DNA of 64,000 nt from an uncultured Gemmatimonadales bacterium (GCA_963793305.1 CAWBZV010000002.1:1-64000), one strand, 5' to 3'. Shown: positions 20,580 through 29,991, counted from the first letter of the stretch. Numbers and translations are program-made. The notes: generated from the sequence alone by a model not told the origin.

Positions 20580-21149
20580 ATGTCGACGAAGCTCGAGATC
20601 CATCAGTTGAAGGCGGAAGCCAGCTTCGTCGCGGACGATCCGTGGAATGCGAATCGGCGGGACACGTTTGCGCTCGACTACTACGTCTACATCACTCCGG
20701 GCACCATCGTGCGGCCGAATTCCAAGCCTGCAGGGGCCTACCGGCACGGGATCCGGGCCAAGCTGAATGGCGTCGCGCGCGACCTGCCCGATTCGTTGTA
20801 CTTCGCCTGGCGCGCCCGGCGTATCAACGCGGAATCGCTGCCGCGGTTGCTGCACGAGCTCCAGCCTACGTTGAAGAAGGGCACCAGGGGTGACTACGGG
20901 ATAGGGCTGAGCAACAAGACATTTACCGCGGTTGTGTGGATCATGGCGCTCTGGATGGCCGCCGCCGACGCGGTGTGGGTCGATGAAGTCAGGGGCTACG
21001 CCATGCCGCTGCTGCTCGCGATTCCGTTCGCGGCTTTGTTCCCCGTGATCATAGGGTGGATGTTTTATCGCGCGGTCTATCAGGTGTGGCAACGGAGGAT
21101 GGCACAGACAAAATGGATTCTGGCCCGGACTATTTCCGGCGGAGTATAA
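20580..21149 (+). CDS. Hypothetical membrane protein, paralog A of the DPWN family
   Basis: Clear homology to 21153-21731 and 26475-27029. Confidence 0.75.
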   Translation: MSTKLEIHQLKAEASFVADDPWNANRRDTFALDYYVYITPGTIVRPNSKPAGAYRHGIRAKLNGVARDLPDSLYFAWRARRINAESLPRLLHELQPTLKKGTRGDYGIGLSNKTFTAVVWIMALWMAAADAVWVDEVRGYAMPLLLAIPFAALFPVIIGWMFYRAVYQVWQRRMAQTKWILARTISGGV

Positions 21150-21152
21150 AGA

Positions 21153-21731
21153 ATGCCGATAATTGGTTTTCCCGAAATCCACCAGCTCAAGGTGGAAGCC
21201 AGCTTCGTCGCGGACGATCCGTGGAATGCGAATCGCCAGGACGCGTTTTCGCTCGAGTCCTACGCGTACACGCTCGAGGGCATCACGGTGCGACCGAATA
21301 CCAGACCGCCGGGCATCTACAGGCACGGCATCCGCTCCAAGCTGGGTGGCGTACCGCAAGACCTGCCCGACTCGTTGTACTTCGCGTGGCGCGCCGGGCG
21401 TATCAAAGCGGAAGCGCTTCCGCGGTTGCTGCACGAGTTACAGCCTACGCTGACAGACGGTAAATGGGGTGACTACGGTGTCGACATCAGTGACAGGGCG
21501 TTCACCATAGTCTTCTGGGTTGCGGCCGTGTGGGCGGCACTCGCCTTCGTGGGGTGGATCGGGTTTTGGGCCCTGGAATACTCGCGCTCCGTCGCATCGC
21601 TACCGTTCGCGATTGTGTTCGGGGCGATTTTCCCGCTCCTCGGCGGCGGCGTTTTTTATCGCGGCATCTACCAGGTGTGGCAACGGAGAATGGCACAAAC
21701 AAAATGGATTCTAGCCAGAGCGGGAGCGTGA
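21153..21731 (+). CDS. Hypothetical membrane protein, paralog B of the DPWN family
   Basis: Tandem duplicate of paralog A; shares a 42-bp identical block. Confidence 0.75.
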   Translation: MPIIGFPEIHQLKVEASFVADDPWNANRQDAFSLESYAYTLEGITVRPNTRPPGIYRHGIRSKLGGVPQDLPDSLYFAWRAGRIKAEALPRLLHELQPTLTDGKWGDYGVDISDRAFTIVFWVAAVWAALAFVGWIGFWALEYSRSVASLPFAIVFGAIFPLLGGGVFYRGIYQVWQRRMAQTKWILARAGA

Positions 21732-21736
21732 TCGCC

Positions 21737-22705
21737 ATGCGACGCCTGACGTGTGTGTTCGCCTGCCTGCTGCTCGCCGCGTGCCGGGGTATGCGCGAGC
21801 AGCTGGACGACGTGATGCAGGTCGTAAGCGCGATCCAATCGCAGTTCAATATTCCGGTCACCGTCAACGTCTCGGGCGGCAACCTGGCCATAGCGCTGTC
21901 GGGCGAGGCGGCGGCGAAATTGTCGGCGGCCGACCGGACCACGCTCGCGCACACCGTGGCCCAATTTGCCTATGCGCACTACGGTCACCGCGACGCACTC
22001 TCGCGCGTGGCGGTGACATTCGTATCTCGTGCTGGCACGGAGCCGGGCGGGTCGTGGCCGACATCGCAGCTCGCCGCCCAATCGCTGCCGGATCCGCTGG
22101 CGTCGCTCGCTTCACTGGCGTTCGAGGATACGTTGGTTGTGACGACGATGGACAGCGGCAGCGCGGGGACGATGGAGCGGTCGCTTCGCCCGATCACGAC
22201 GGGCCAAGGGCGCCCGTTATGGGAGTTGGTGGTCACGTATCGGCGGCAGCCGAACACCGTCGCTAGCGTCGACTCGCTACACCTCGATCCGGCAACGTCC
22301 TACCCGGTCAGCGAGCGACGTCACAACCGGCGGGGACTGACCCACCTCACGTACGATGGCGCGCACGTGTACGGCGTCGCTGACTCGGGCGCGACAATGC
22401 GTGCCGTCGACACGACGTTCGACACCGCGCCATTTGCGGCCGCGCAGTTGGATGTGGTCATGAGGGCGCTGCCGCTCGCGCCGGGATTCTCGACCACGGT
22501 GCCGGTGTACTACCCTCTCCATGGGGGCCTCATTGCCCGGACCACCGTGCGCGTGGTCGACACCGATTCCGCGGCCTGGACGATCGAGGCATCCAACGGT
22601 CCGGGCACCGCGCAACGATTCCGCGTCGCGCGGCCGTCTCGCCTGTTGATCGACATCCGCGACGTGTCGGACTCATTGCACGGGACGTCGTACGTGCGTC
22701 GCTGA
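21737..22705 (+). CDS. Hypothetical lipoprotein with a DUF3108-like C-terminal beta domain
   Basis: Lipobox LLAAC; RALPLAPGF..TVPVY motif. Confidence 0.65.
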   Translation: MRRLTCVFACLLLAACRGMREQLDDVMQVVSAIQSQFNIPVTVNVSGGNLAIALSGEAAAKLSAADRTTLAHTVAQFAYAHYGHRDALSRVAVTFVSRAGTEPGGSWPTSQLAAQSLPDPLASLASLAFEDTLVVTTMDSGSAGTMERSLRPITTGQGRPLWELVVTYRRQPNTVASVDSLHLDPATSYPVSERRHNRRGLTHLTYDGAHVYGVADSGATMRAVDTTFDTAPFAAAQLDVVMRALPLAPGFSTTVPVYYPLHGGLIARTTVRVVDTDSAAWTIEASNGPGTAQRFRVARPSRLLIDIRDVSDSLHGTSYVRR

Positions 22706-22713
22706 TCTACCAC
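22689..22713 (+). repeat. 25-bp exact direct repeat, left copy
   Basis: cgtacgtgcgtcgctgatctaccac, identical at 24184-24208. Confidence 0.9.
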
Positions 22714-22730
22714 AAATGGTGAGGCGCTGG

Positions 22731-22739
22731 TGATATAAT
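22731..22739 (+). promoter_or_regulatory. Extended -10 promoter element
   Basis: TGaTATAAT about 60 bp upstream of the CDS at 22800. Confidence 0.6.
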
Positions 22740-22799
22740 CTCGCCAGACGATCGCGGCCGCGCAACGTCGCTTGCCCATCGTTCTCTCGAGGCGACCCC

Positions 22800-23798
22800 A
22801 TGCGTCGAATGCGGATCCTGTTCGTGATCATCGGTGGCGTTCTCCTGGTCAACGTCATCAGGACGCAACCGGGTTGGCGCTCGTTCGTCGCCGCACACAC
22901 CGAGTCCAATGATCCCGCACCGGCGCGGGCGACGAGCGATACGCTCGTACCGCCGCTCTATCCCCTGGTCATCAAAGCCATCAACTCGTTGGACGGTTAT
23001 GTCCAAACGAGCTACGACGACTACGTCGGCGGGTTCAATGTCAAAACCGGTAATCCCACCTCGAACCGGCCGAGCGTGATCTCCGTGGCTCGCACCGAGT
23101 GGCCGCAATTGACGGCCATCGACTCGGCGGTCCGCGCCTCGCACAGCGGCAGCGCGCTGGATACCCTGGCGAGACAGTATTCGGCGAGCGGAGATTCGGT
23201 CATCAGACTGACGAAAGACGCGCACTTCTATTACGACCAACAATTGTACAAAGACGACAACGACGCCAAAGGTCACGCCATGCACGCGCCGCTCCTCGCG
23301 GCCTACCATACCTTCTTCGTCCGTAGTGAAGCGCTGCACGACGAGGTCGCGCGGATCCGCGTTCGCATGCACGCGGGCCGCCTGGCGGCGTTCAAGTCCC
23401 ATGGATCGATGCTGGCCTACGGGTTACTCCTCAATCTCGGGCAAAGTCGCGCCGCGCTCCAGTTCATTGAGCACGATGCCAAGGCCCGCGACGTGCGGCA
23501 CGTGAACCTCGACACGCTCGGCCAGTTCGTCGCCCAACTGGATAGTAGCCTGCAATCCGTGAAGGCCCTGGCCGCGGATTCCGGGCGCGCCGCGCGAGAG
23601 GTGTCGAACCCCTACATGCTGTCCAGGCACATCGAGCTCATGGAGAGCTTCGTCAAGGCGAACCGCTACCTCTATCACTCGCTGCGGGACAATACGCCGC
23701 TCAACCAGTACCAATTTGAGCTGGGGACGAGGACCGAGTGGGATCTCCACGAGATGTTCAACACGCTCGTCAACAATTACAACTCACTGACCGGCTGA
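22800..23798 (+). CDS. DUF3829 (YiiG-like) domain protein with an N-terminal membrane anchor
   Basis: YYDQQLYKDDNDAKGHAMH and terminal FNTLVNNYN motifs. Confidence 0.7.
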   Translation: MRRMRILFVIIGGVLLVNVIRTQPGWRSFVAAHTESNDPAPARATSDTLVPPLYPLVIKAINSLDGYVQTSYDDYVGGFNVKTGNPTSNRPSVISVARTEWPQLTAIDSAVRASHSGSALDTLARQYSASGDSVIRLTKDAHFYYDQQLYKDDNDAKGHAMHAPLLAAYHTFFVRSEALHDEVARIRVRMHAGRLAAFKSHGSMLAYGLLLNLGQSRAALQFIEHDAKARDVRHVNLDTLGQFVAQLDSSLQSVKALAADSGRAAREVSNPYMLSRHIELMESFVKANRYLYHSLRDNTPLNQYQFELGTRTEWDLHEMFNTLVNNYNSLTG

Positions 23799-23813
23799 CC
23801 GAGGACATCGATC

Positions 23814-24200
23814 ATGGCTGTCAATATCGGCAAGGTTGCACTGCACGAATCTGCTGCGACCGGCAAGGGGCAACACCGAGGTGCGGGCGCGGGAACGATC
23901 GTGGTCATCCGTCCGGTCGACAGCATCAGCCCGCAACTTCGAGCGGCGCTGCACGGCAACCAATTGCTGCCGGCGGTCCAAGCGCAGCTCGTGCCCGCGG
24001 TCCAGCACGAGCTTCTGCCGGCCGTGCAGTCTCGCCTGTTGCCAGCGGTTCAGTCTCCGGCAGGACCGGGCGACACGGTTGTCCTGCGGAACGTGCGGAT
24101 CGTGAGCATCGCGCCGGCGCCGGCGTGGGCCGGCGGATCCCCAACGGAACAGGTCACGTTCGAATATGGCGCGCTGACCGTCACGTACGTGCGTCGCTGA
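23814..24200 (+). CDS. Orphan Hcp (T6SS/phage tube)-like protein with four LLPAVQ repeats
   Basis: IRPVDSISPQL, VLRNVRIVSI and PTEQVTFEYGALTVTY match Hcp motifs. Confidence 0.6.
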   Translation: MAVNIGKVALHESAATGKGQHRGAGAGTIVVIRPVDSISPQLRAALHGNQLLPAVQAQLVPAVQHELLPAVQSRLLPAVQSPAGPGDTVVLRNVRIVSIAPAPAWAGGSPTEQVTFEYGALTVTYVRR

Positions 24201-24208
24201 TCTACCAC
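24184..24208 (+). repeat. 25-bp exact direct repeat, right copy
   Basis: Identical to 22689-22713; spans the stops of two convergent genes. Confidence 0.9.
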
Positions 24209-24750
24209 CACGACGGCTCGAGAGCCGGCGCCGCACCGAAGGTGACCTGCTGTAGCATCGGGTTGTTCAAGCCGGGAAACGTGTAGTTGGGCTCGTTCGA
24301 GGGTGTACAACCTTGTGACGACGGAATATTCGCCGACATGATCCCCTCGTTCGGCGGCAAGGTGAGATCGTCCGAGATGAGCGTCATCCCGCCGGGTGAT
24401 CCGCTGACCGCTCCGGCACGCGGGTTGTCTGGCGGCCCCCCATTGTTGAGGTATGCGGAGATGTAGTACCACGACTGACTCGCGATCGAGGCGTCCAGGA
24501 ACAGATAGACAAAGGGCAGGATCGTAATCGCGACCGGCGCCCACAGCTCGATCGCCACCAGGGCCTTGGTCACCGGCATGCCGGTAAACTGGTACGTTGG
24601 CCGCCCGCGTTCGACGAAATACGCCAGCACATCGGCATAGTCGCCGCCGAGCGGCAGAAACGGTCCGACCAACGGCGGTGGGACGGGCTTGAGGCCATGC
24701 ACCTTCACGGGGCCGTTGGGGTTGATCAGCTTATTCGGAGGGAGCGCCAT
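24202..24750 (-). CDS. Hypothetical protein
   Basis: Open frame with GC3-biased codons; no recognised family. Confidence 0.55.
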   Translation of the reverse strand: MALPPNKLINPNGPVKVHGLKPVPPPLVGPFLPLGGDYADVLAYFVERGRPTYQFTGMPVTKALVAIELWAPVAITILPFVYLFLDASIASQSWYYISAYLNNGGPPDNPRAGAVSGSPGGMTLISDDLTLPPNEGIMSANIPSSQGCTPSNEPNYTFPGLNNPMLQQVTFGAAPALEPSWW

Positions 24751-24832
24751 GGCGTAGGTCCAGGAGTGAGTGTGGGTACAAGCATACGCCGGCACCTCAC
24801 TACTGGTGAGTCACGCCTCCCATGTTAGCCGG

Positions 24833-25138
24833 ATGAGCGACTATCAAGAGCAGTGGAGACAGTACCGGCGACGCAGGATGGAATTTTTTCTGGTCTTTGC
24901 CGGCTACGTGCCGTTCTGCCTCGCCGTTGCCACGGTGTCGATCGGGATGTTCCAAACATTCATCCCGGCATTCGTCGCCGCGGTATTGTGGATGGGCCTA
25001 TTTGTATATGTCGGATGTCGCGTCACGCTCTGGCGATGTCCGCGCTGCGGGGAATGCTTTTCAGGATCGTGGTGGTACAATACCGGCTTCCTGGCGCGGC
25101 AGTGCGTTCACTGCGGATTACAAAAGTATGGAAATTGA
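24833..25138 (+). CDS. Small membrane protein with a C-terminal zinc ribbon
   Basis: Two TM segments, then CPRC...CVHC. Confidence 0.7.
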   Translation: MSDYQEQWRQYRRRRMEFFLVFAGYVPFCLAVATVSIGMFQTFIPAFVAAVLWMGLFVYVGCRVTLWRCPRCGECFSGSWWYNTGFLARQCVHCGLQKYGN

Positions 25139-25829
25139 CCAACAGGACGGAACCGTTCGCCTCGCCAACGGCCTGGCGATCACCGCGAGCCTCACCCAAG
25201 ATGCATTTCGGGCAGACCCCGCCTCTCGGACCGTCACGAGACTGGATCGCGGAGCCCCGCCGTGGATCACCTACCGTTTGCCCGGGGGCACGATTGATGG
25301 CCGAGCGATATCAGTCGGCCTGTGCTTCCAGGCTCAGGTGATCATGTCGGTCGACATCAATGTCAATTTGTATGGGCCTGGCGCGAAGACCTGGGACTCG
25401 TATTCGGACAAGATCGAAGCCGCAGCCAAGGATTTTCACGACCGCCTGCTCCAGCATTTATTCTCGAAGCACGAGCCGAGCGACACGTTTCACGTCGCCC
25501 AACTGTCCGACGACGTGGCCTTACTCGCGCACTCGACCGACTGGCCCTTCTCGTGGGGAGCGGTCAGTTCCTATCACGATCCGAGAAGCCTCGGCACGAT
25601 GATAACGGTGTCCTATCGCAATCAACCCGCTGTCGAGCACCCAGTCGAATTGAGCGCGGTTGTCGGAGCGGCGGCCGCCGATGAGCGCTTCGCGTCCGGA
25701 TTCGAAGCCGCGAAACTCGAGCTCGCGCGCGGGAACACGACCGGTGCGATTCGGCTGGTGCGAGAGACGAGCGGCATGGGTCTCCAACAGGCGAAGGAAC
25801 TGGTGGCCTCGTGGGAGAAGCCGCTCTGA
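25128..25829 (+). CDS. Hypothetical (immunity-like) protein with a C-terminal ribosomal L7/L12-like domain
   Basis: FSWGAVSSYHDPRS motif; AIRLVRETSGMGLQQAKELV resembles the L7/L12 CTD. Confidence 0.6.
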   Translation: MEIDQQDGTVRLANGLAITASLTQDAFRADPASRTVTRLDRGAPPWITYRLPGGTIDGRAISVGLCFQAQVIMSVDINVNLYGPGAKTWDSYSDKIEAAAKDFHDRLLQHLFSKHEPSDTFHVAQLSDDVALLAHSTDWPFSWGAVSSYHDPRSLGTMITVSYRNQPAVEHPVELSAVVGAAAADERFASGFEAAKLELARGNTTGAIRLVRETSGMGLQQAKELVASWEKPL

Positions 25830-25836
25830 GGACAGG

Positions 25837-26467
25837 TTACCGATGCTTGAGCCGGATACCCATCGCCAGATACGATCCGACCAGCGACAGGACTACGAGC
25901 AGCGAAAACCAGACGTGGCGGTTCCACCACGTGTGGAACCCGGGATAGCGTGCCTTGAGCGCAGCGCGCGCGCCACCCGCCATGATGGAAATTCCCGCCG
26001 GCCAGAGCAACGGTCCCTGCGTGGAATCAGACCCGTAGGGCGCCAGAACCCAGTGGCGCAAAAACACGTATCCCACAGCGGTCCACAGGAGCCCCACGAT
26101 CAGCGCAAACTTGGCTCCTCCGTACGGATCTTTCGCTTCCGAGCTCGCTAACTCGACGGGCTCGTTGCGGTCCTGACCCAGGTGAACCGCTTCCTCGAGA
26201 ATGGTCATGAGCGGCCGGCCGTTGGCGATGAAGTAGTTGCGCACATTGCGGGCGGCGTGATGCACCGGAAGCAGGCTATCGTCGCGGCGGCGGAGGTAGG
26301 ACAGGCTCCAGACGACGCGATCCGGAGTCAGCGCGGCCAGTCGGGCGTCGATCTCTTGGAGCTCGCGCTGCGCGGCGGGAGCTTCGGAAGCGTTAATCGC
26401 GACCGTCGACCATTTCGGATGGTCCGAGGTCGTATGTCTGGCCGCCGACGCGGAGCACGCTGGTCAT
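25837..26467 (-). pseudogene. Imm70-like immunity protein remnant fused to two TM segments; deletion/frameshift near 26410
   Basis: MTSVLRVGGQTYDLG then, in another frame, RELQEIDARLAALTPDRVVWSL..RNVRNYFIANGRPLMTILEEA. Confidence 0.5.
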
Positions 26468-26474
26468 CGTCGCC

Positions 26475-27029
26475 TCAGATCCGAGCCAGAATCCATTTCG
26501 TCTGGCGAGCCCTCCGCCACTTTTTCCGGTAGAACTTGAAGTAGAGAGTGACCCAGCCGAATCCGGCGAGCCCTATCGCGACTGGCGCCGCTAACGAAAG
26601 CGGAAACCCGTCCGGCGTGTACAGGTACGCGAGGATCGGTACCACGGACACGAAGCCGAACCCGATCCAGGCAATGACGCGCATGACCGCATTTTGCTTG
26701 ATCTCGTCGAGCACCAAGTGATCGCCATTTTCCAACGTCGGTTCCATCTCACGCAGGAGTCGCGGCAGCGCTTCCGAGGGCACGTGCTTGTCGCGCCACA
26801 GGGCGGAGAGACTTTCAGGCAGCAAGCGCTCGACTCCGTCGAGATTGGAACGAATACCGCGCACGTAATCGACTCGCGGTTTGAAATCCGCCCGAATCGT
26901 CGATCCGCTGATTGCCACCGTATAGTCTTCGACCGTAAACGGTGCGGGGCGGTTCTGGTTCCAGGGGTCAGGCGCCGTGAACGCCGCTTCCGTCTTGACG
27001 TGATACCGCTGAAGGTAAAAAAGGGCCAC
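26475..27029 (-). CDS. Hypothetical membrane protein, paralog C of the DPWN family
   Basis: K.EA.F.A.DPWN.NR, GIRS.L.GV, EALPRLL.E..PTL, QTKWILAR shared with A and B. Confidence 0.75.
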   Translation of the reverse strand: MALFYLQRYHVKTEAAFTAPDPWNQNRPAPFTVEDYTVAISGSTIRADFKPRVDYVRGIRSNLDGVERLLPESLSALWRDKHVPSEALPRLLREMEPTLENGDHLVLDEIKQNAVMRVIAWIGFGFVSVVPILAYLYTPDGFPLSLAAPVAIGLAGFGWVTLYFKFYRKKWRRARQTKWILARI

Positions 27030-29991
27030 CGCTACCTCGGCGTTCGCGATGGTTGTCGCGTCGCCCTCGGTCGCGGTACCACCGCGCGGGCGTTACCCCA
27101 GCGCCAGCCGGTTGACCGAACACCTGCGCCGGGGTGCCGATGGGGCTCGTATTGTTCGGGATACCAAGCTGCTGGTTGGCATCCTGTCCGGTGCAGTACG
27201 CGATCGACGTCGACGACACGACAAAGCACGTAAACGCGCCCCCGTTACTCGCCGTCGCGATCGACCCGACAGTGGCGCCGGGTGTCCCTTGAGGAGACGT
27301 TGGCCCGGCGCCACTGCCACCCACCGTCCCGTCGCCGATCTGGCCAAAGGCATTGTTGCCCCAGCAGTACGCGCCCGAGGTACCGAACCCGCAGACGGTC
27401 GTCGATCCGACGCTGATCGCGGTCAGCGTGAGCGACGGGATCTGATTGGGGATGCTGTCTGGGATTGTCGATCCAGAACCGAGACCCAATTGGCCGTCAA
27501 TGTTGTCGCCCCAGCACCAGACGCCGCCATTCACGTCGATCGCGCAGGTGGTCCATTGACCGGCGCTGATGGCCTTCGCGTTCACCGGCGCGAGCGCACC
27601 CAGGGTGACGCTCTGTGCGAATCCCGTCCCCGTCGTGCTGGTGTGTCCGTCGCCGAGCTCTCCGTATGTGTTATCGCCCCAGCAGAGGATCGATCCGTTC
27701 GTCGTGCTGGTGAGGGCGCACGTATGGTTGTAGCCGGCGCTGACGTAGGCGTAGCTGTTGCCATTGATGGCCGGAGTCGTATGCGCCGTGGCGTCGACCG
27801 TGCCGATGCCGAGCTGGCCGGAAGTGTTGTCACCCCAGCAGGCGATGTAGTTCTGTGGCCCGGTGCTTTCGATGCCGCACGTGTGCATCCAACCGGCGGA
27901 GATCTGCGAGAACGTTGTCGTGGTAATCGCCGTGGGTGACGTGACGGGGCTCGTCGTCGAGCCGATCCCGAGCTGCCCGCGGTCGTTCTTACCCCAGCAG
28001 TAGGCCTTGCCACCGGTGATCAGCGCGCAGACATGGTACTGCCCCGCGACCACGTCGAGCACCGACTGCCCGGTGGTCGTCGGAACAGGTACGTACGTGG
28101 GCAGATACGATCCGGAGCCCGTCGTCCCGATCCCGATCTCGCCGTAGCTGTTGTCGCCCCAGCAGAAGACCGTCCCGCCCGTCGTCAGTCCGCAGGCAAA
28201 AGCCGCCCCGGTGGCGATCTTGGTGAACGTCACCGCGGACGTGAGGTTGATGGTCAGCGTCTGCGGACTGTTGCTGGCATTGGTCGCCGACACCGACGTG
28301 GTCGCGGAGAAGGTGCCGAGGGGTAGGGCCGTTGTGTTCGGCTGGGCAGTGAGCGTTGTTCCGCTGAGGCCAAGCGTCAGCCAGTTGGACGCGCCCGAGC
28401 CATAGACCACGGCGCCATTGGCGATGGTGCCAAGGGAACCGCTGCCCGTGTTGATCACGGTCGTCGTCTGTGCGGCGGCGGGGGTGGTGCCGTTCCCGTA
28501 CTGGTTGAACGCGATCGGATTGGCGCTGAAGCCCATCAATGGGCCGCCACTCAAGTCGAGCTGCACCGCAATGGTCTGCGGTGACACGCCAGCGACCGAG
28601 GAGGACACGGTGAGTTGCGCCGAGTAGGTCCCACCCGCGAGCGCGCCCGGCGTGACGGTGACCGAGAGTGTCGCCGGCGCGGTCGTCGTGTTGAGCGAGG
28701 TCGACACCCAGCCTGTCGCGCCGGCGCCGTATTGTGTGCTCACCGATAGTCCGCTGAGCGTGCCGGTGCCGGCGTTGGTGATGGCGACAGTTTTTGTCTT
28801 CGGACCGGCGCCCTGCGTTGCGGTGTCGACGACGGCGGTCGGCGACACCGAAATGATGGCGCCGGAGCTGATCGTGTATGTCACGTTCAGCGATGCCGAC
28901 GCCCCACCAGCGCCCGTGACGACCACGGTGGCCGAATACTGGCCATCGGCTAGCGAGGTCGTCGTCGGCACGATATCGAGTGTTGCCGGCGTGGTGACGC
29001 CGGCCGTCTGCGCCGTCACTGATCGCCGCGCCGCGCGGGCGCCGAGCTGGAGGCCCGGGGGCAATGGGTGGACGCGTGAGCCGAACGCCGAGTCGCTGAC
29101 ATTGGCGGCAAGCCAGCCGGTTGTTTGGCCGACGTACGTGATCGCGGCGGTCAGTCCCGATACCGGCGTGGTGTCGGTCGAGGTGACGGAGATGAAGGCG
29201 TTGGCCGGCAGGATGCCGGCGTTCGGCGCCGAGAATGTGACGATTTCCGAGCCCAGGAAGAGGCCACTGGCGGCCGTGACCGTGATGACGGACGTTCCGA
29301 GCTGCCCTCCGGCCGATGCCGTGACCTGCGTCGTGCCGACTTTGACACCGGTCACATTGCCGATGGAATCGACGCGCGCGATCGTCGAGTCGGCGCTCGC
29401 CCACACGACGGTGTGTCCAGGCAGCACAGTGCCGTTCACATCCCTCACAGTATCGGTCAGTTGGACCTGCGACCCAACGCTTACCGTGGCAGTGGCCGGC
29501 GCGACGACGACCGATCCGATAGCGGACACGGTGATCGTCGGCGTGACGTTGATCACCTGTCCAGGAACCGCGATGACGGCCGGCAGCGTCACGCTGTCGA
29601 CGACTGTTCCGTTCTGCACCAGCGCCACGCTGATGATCAGCGCGCAGTCGTCCCCGCCGCTGACACGGCGCGGATCGTCGAGGCAGCGCGTCAGATCGAT
29701 CGTCAACGGCAGGCTCGTCGTGCCACTGGCCGTGGAGAGCGTTTTGTCGACGAGGACGACCTGCGTTGGTCCTTGATCGAGATAGAAGATCGAGATGTGG
29801 AGTTGCGATGCGGTCGTCGTGACGACCTGCGCGTTGATCGCCAGCCGCACGTCGTTGGCGTTGCCGTCGGTCGGCGAGCGTCCCTTGAGGCACGCGAACA
29901 GCAATGCCAATGCAGCCAACGCGGCCGGTGCGCGCCACTGACGCCAAGTGCGTATCGCTGCCTTCGCCCAATTCAGAGTCCGGTGTTTCAC
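26968..29991 (-). CDS. Large surface lipoprotein with an Ig-like (Big_2) domain, BACON-like domains and an RCC1-like propeller
   Basis: Lipobox LLFAC; Big_2 pattern; about seven CWGDN.YG.LG.G repeats; the true stop may be near 27032 if the tail is frameshifted. Confidence 0.85.
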   Translation of the reverse strand: MKHRTLNWAKAAIRTWRQWRAPAALAALALLFACLKGRSPTDGNANDVRLAINAQVVTTTASQLHISIFYLDQGPTQVVLVDKTLSTASGTTSLPLTIDLTRCLDDPRRVSGGDDCALIISVALVQNGTVVDSVTLPAVIAVPGQVINVTPTITVSAIGSVVVAPATATVSVGSQVQLTDTVRDVNGTVLPGHTVVWASADSTIARVDSIGNVTGVKVGTTQVTASAGGQLGTSVITVTAASGLFLGSEIVTFSAPNAGILPANAFISVTSTDTTPVSGLTAAITYVGQTTGWLAANVSDSAFGSRVHPLPPGLQLGARAARRSVTAQTAGVTTPATLDIVPTTTSLADGQYSATVVVTGAGGASASLNVTYTISSGAIISVSPTAVVDTATQGAGPKTKTVAITNAGTGTLSGLSVSTQYGAGATGWVSTSLNTTTAPATLSVTVTPGALAGGTYSAQLTVSSSVAGVSPQTIAVQLDLSGGPLMGFSANPIAFNQYGNGTTPAAAQTTTVINTGSGSLGTIANGAVVYGSGASNWLTLGLSGTTLTAQPNTTALPLGTFSATTSVSATNASNSPQTLTINLTSAVTFTKIATGAAFACGLTTGGTVFCWGDNSYGEIGIGTTGSGSYLPTYVPVPTTTGQSVLDVVAGQYHVCALITGGKAYCWGKNDRGQLGIGSTTSPVTSPTAITTTTFSQISAGWMHTCGIESTGPQNYIACWGDNTSGQLGIGTVDATAHTTPAINGNSYAYVSAGYNHTCALTSTTNGSILCWGDNTYGELGDGHTSTTGTGFAQSVTLGALAPVNAKAISAGQWTTCAIDVNGGVWCWGDNIDGQLGLGSGSTIPDSIPNQIPSLTLTAISVGSTTVCGFGTSGAYCWGNNAFGQIGDGTVGGSGAGPTSPQGTPGATVGSIATASNGGAFTCFVVSSTSIAYCTGQDANQQLGIPNNTSPIGTPAQVFGQPAGAGVTPARWYRDRGRRDNHRERRGSGGPFLPSAVSRQDGSGVHGA

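Noticed and set aside
27100..28230. Repeated CCCCAGCA-type DNA motifs as a CRISPR or non-coding repeat
   Set aside because: They are the coding CWG motifs of RCC1-like repeats.
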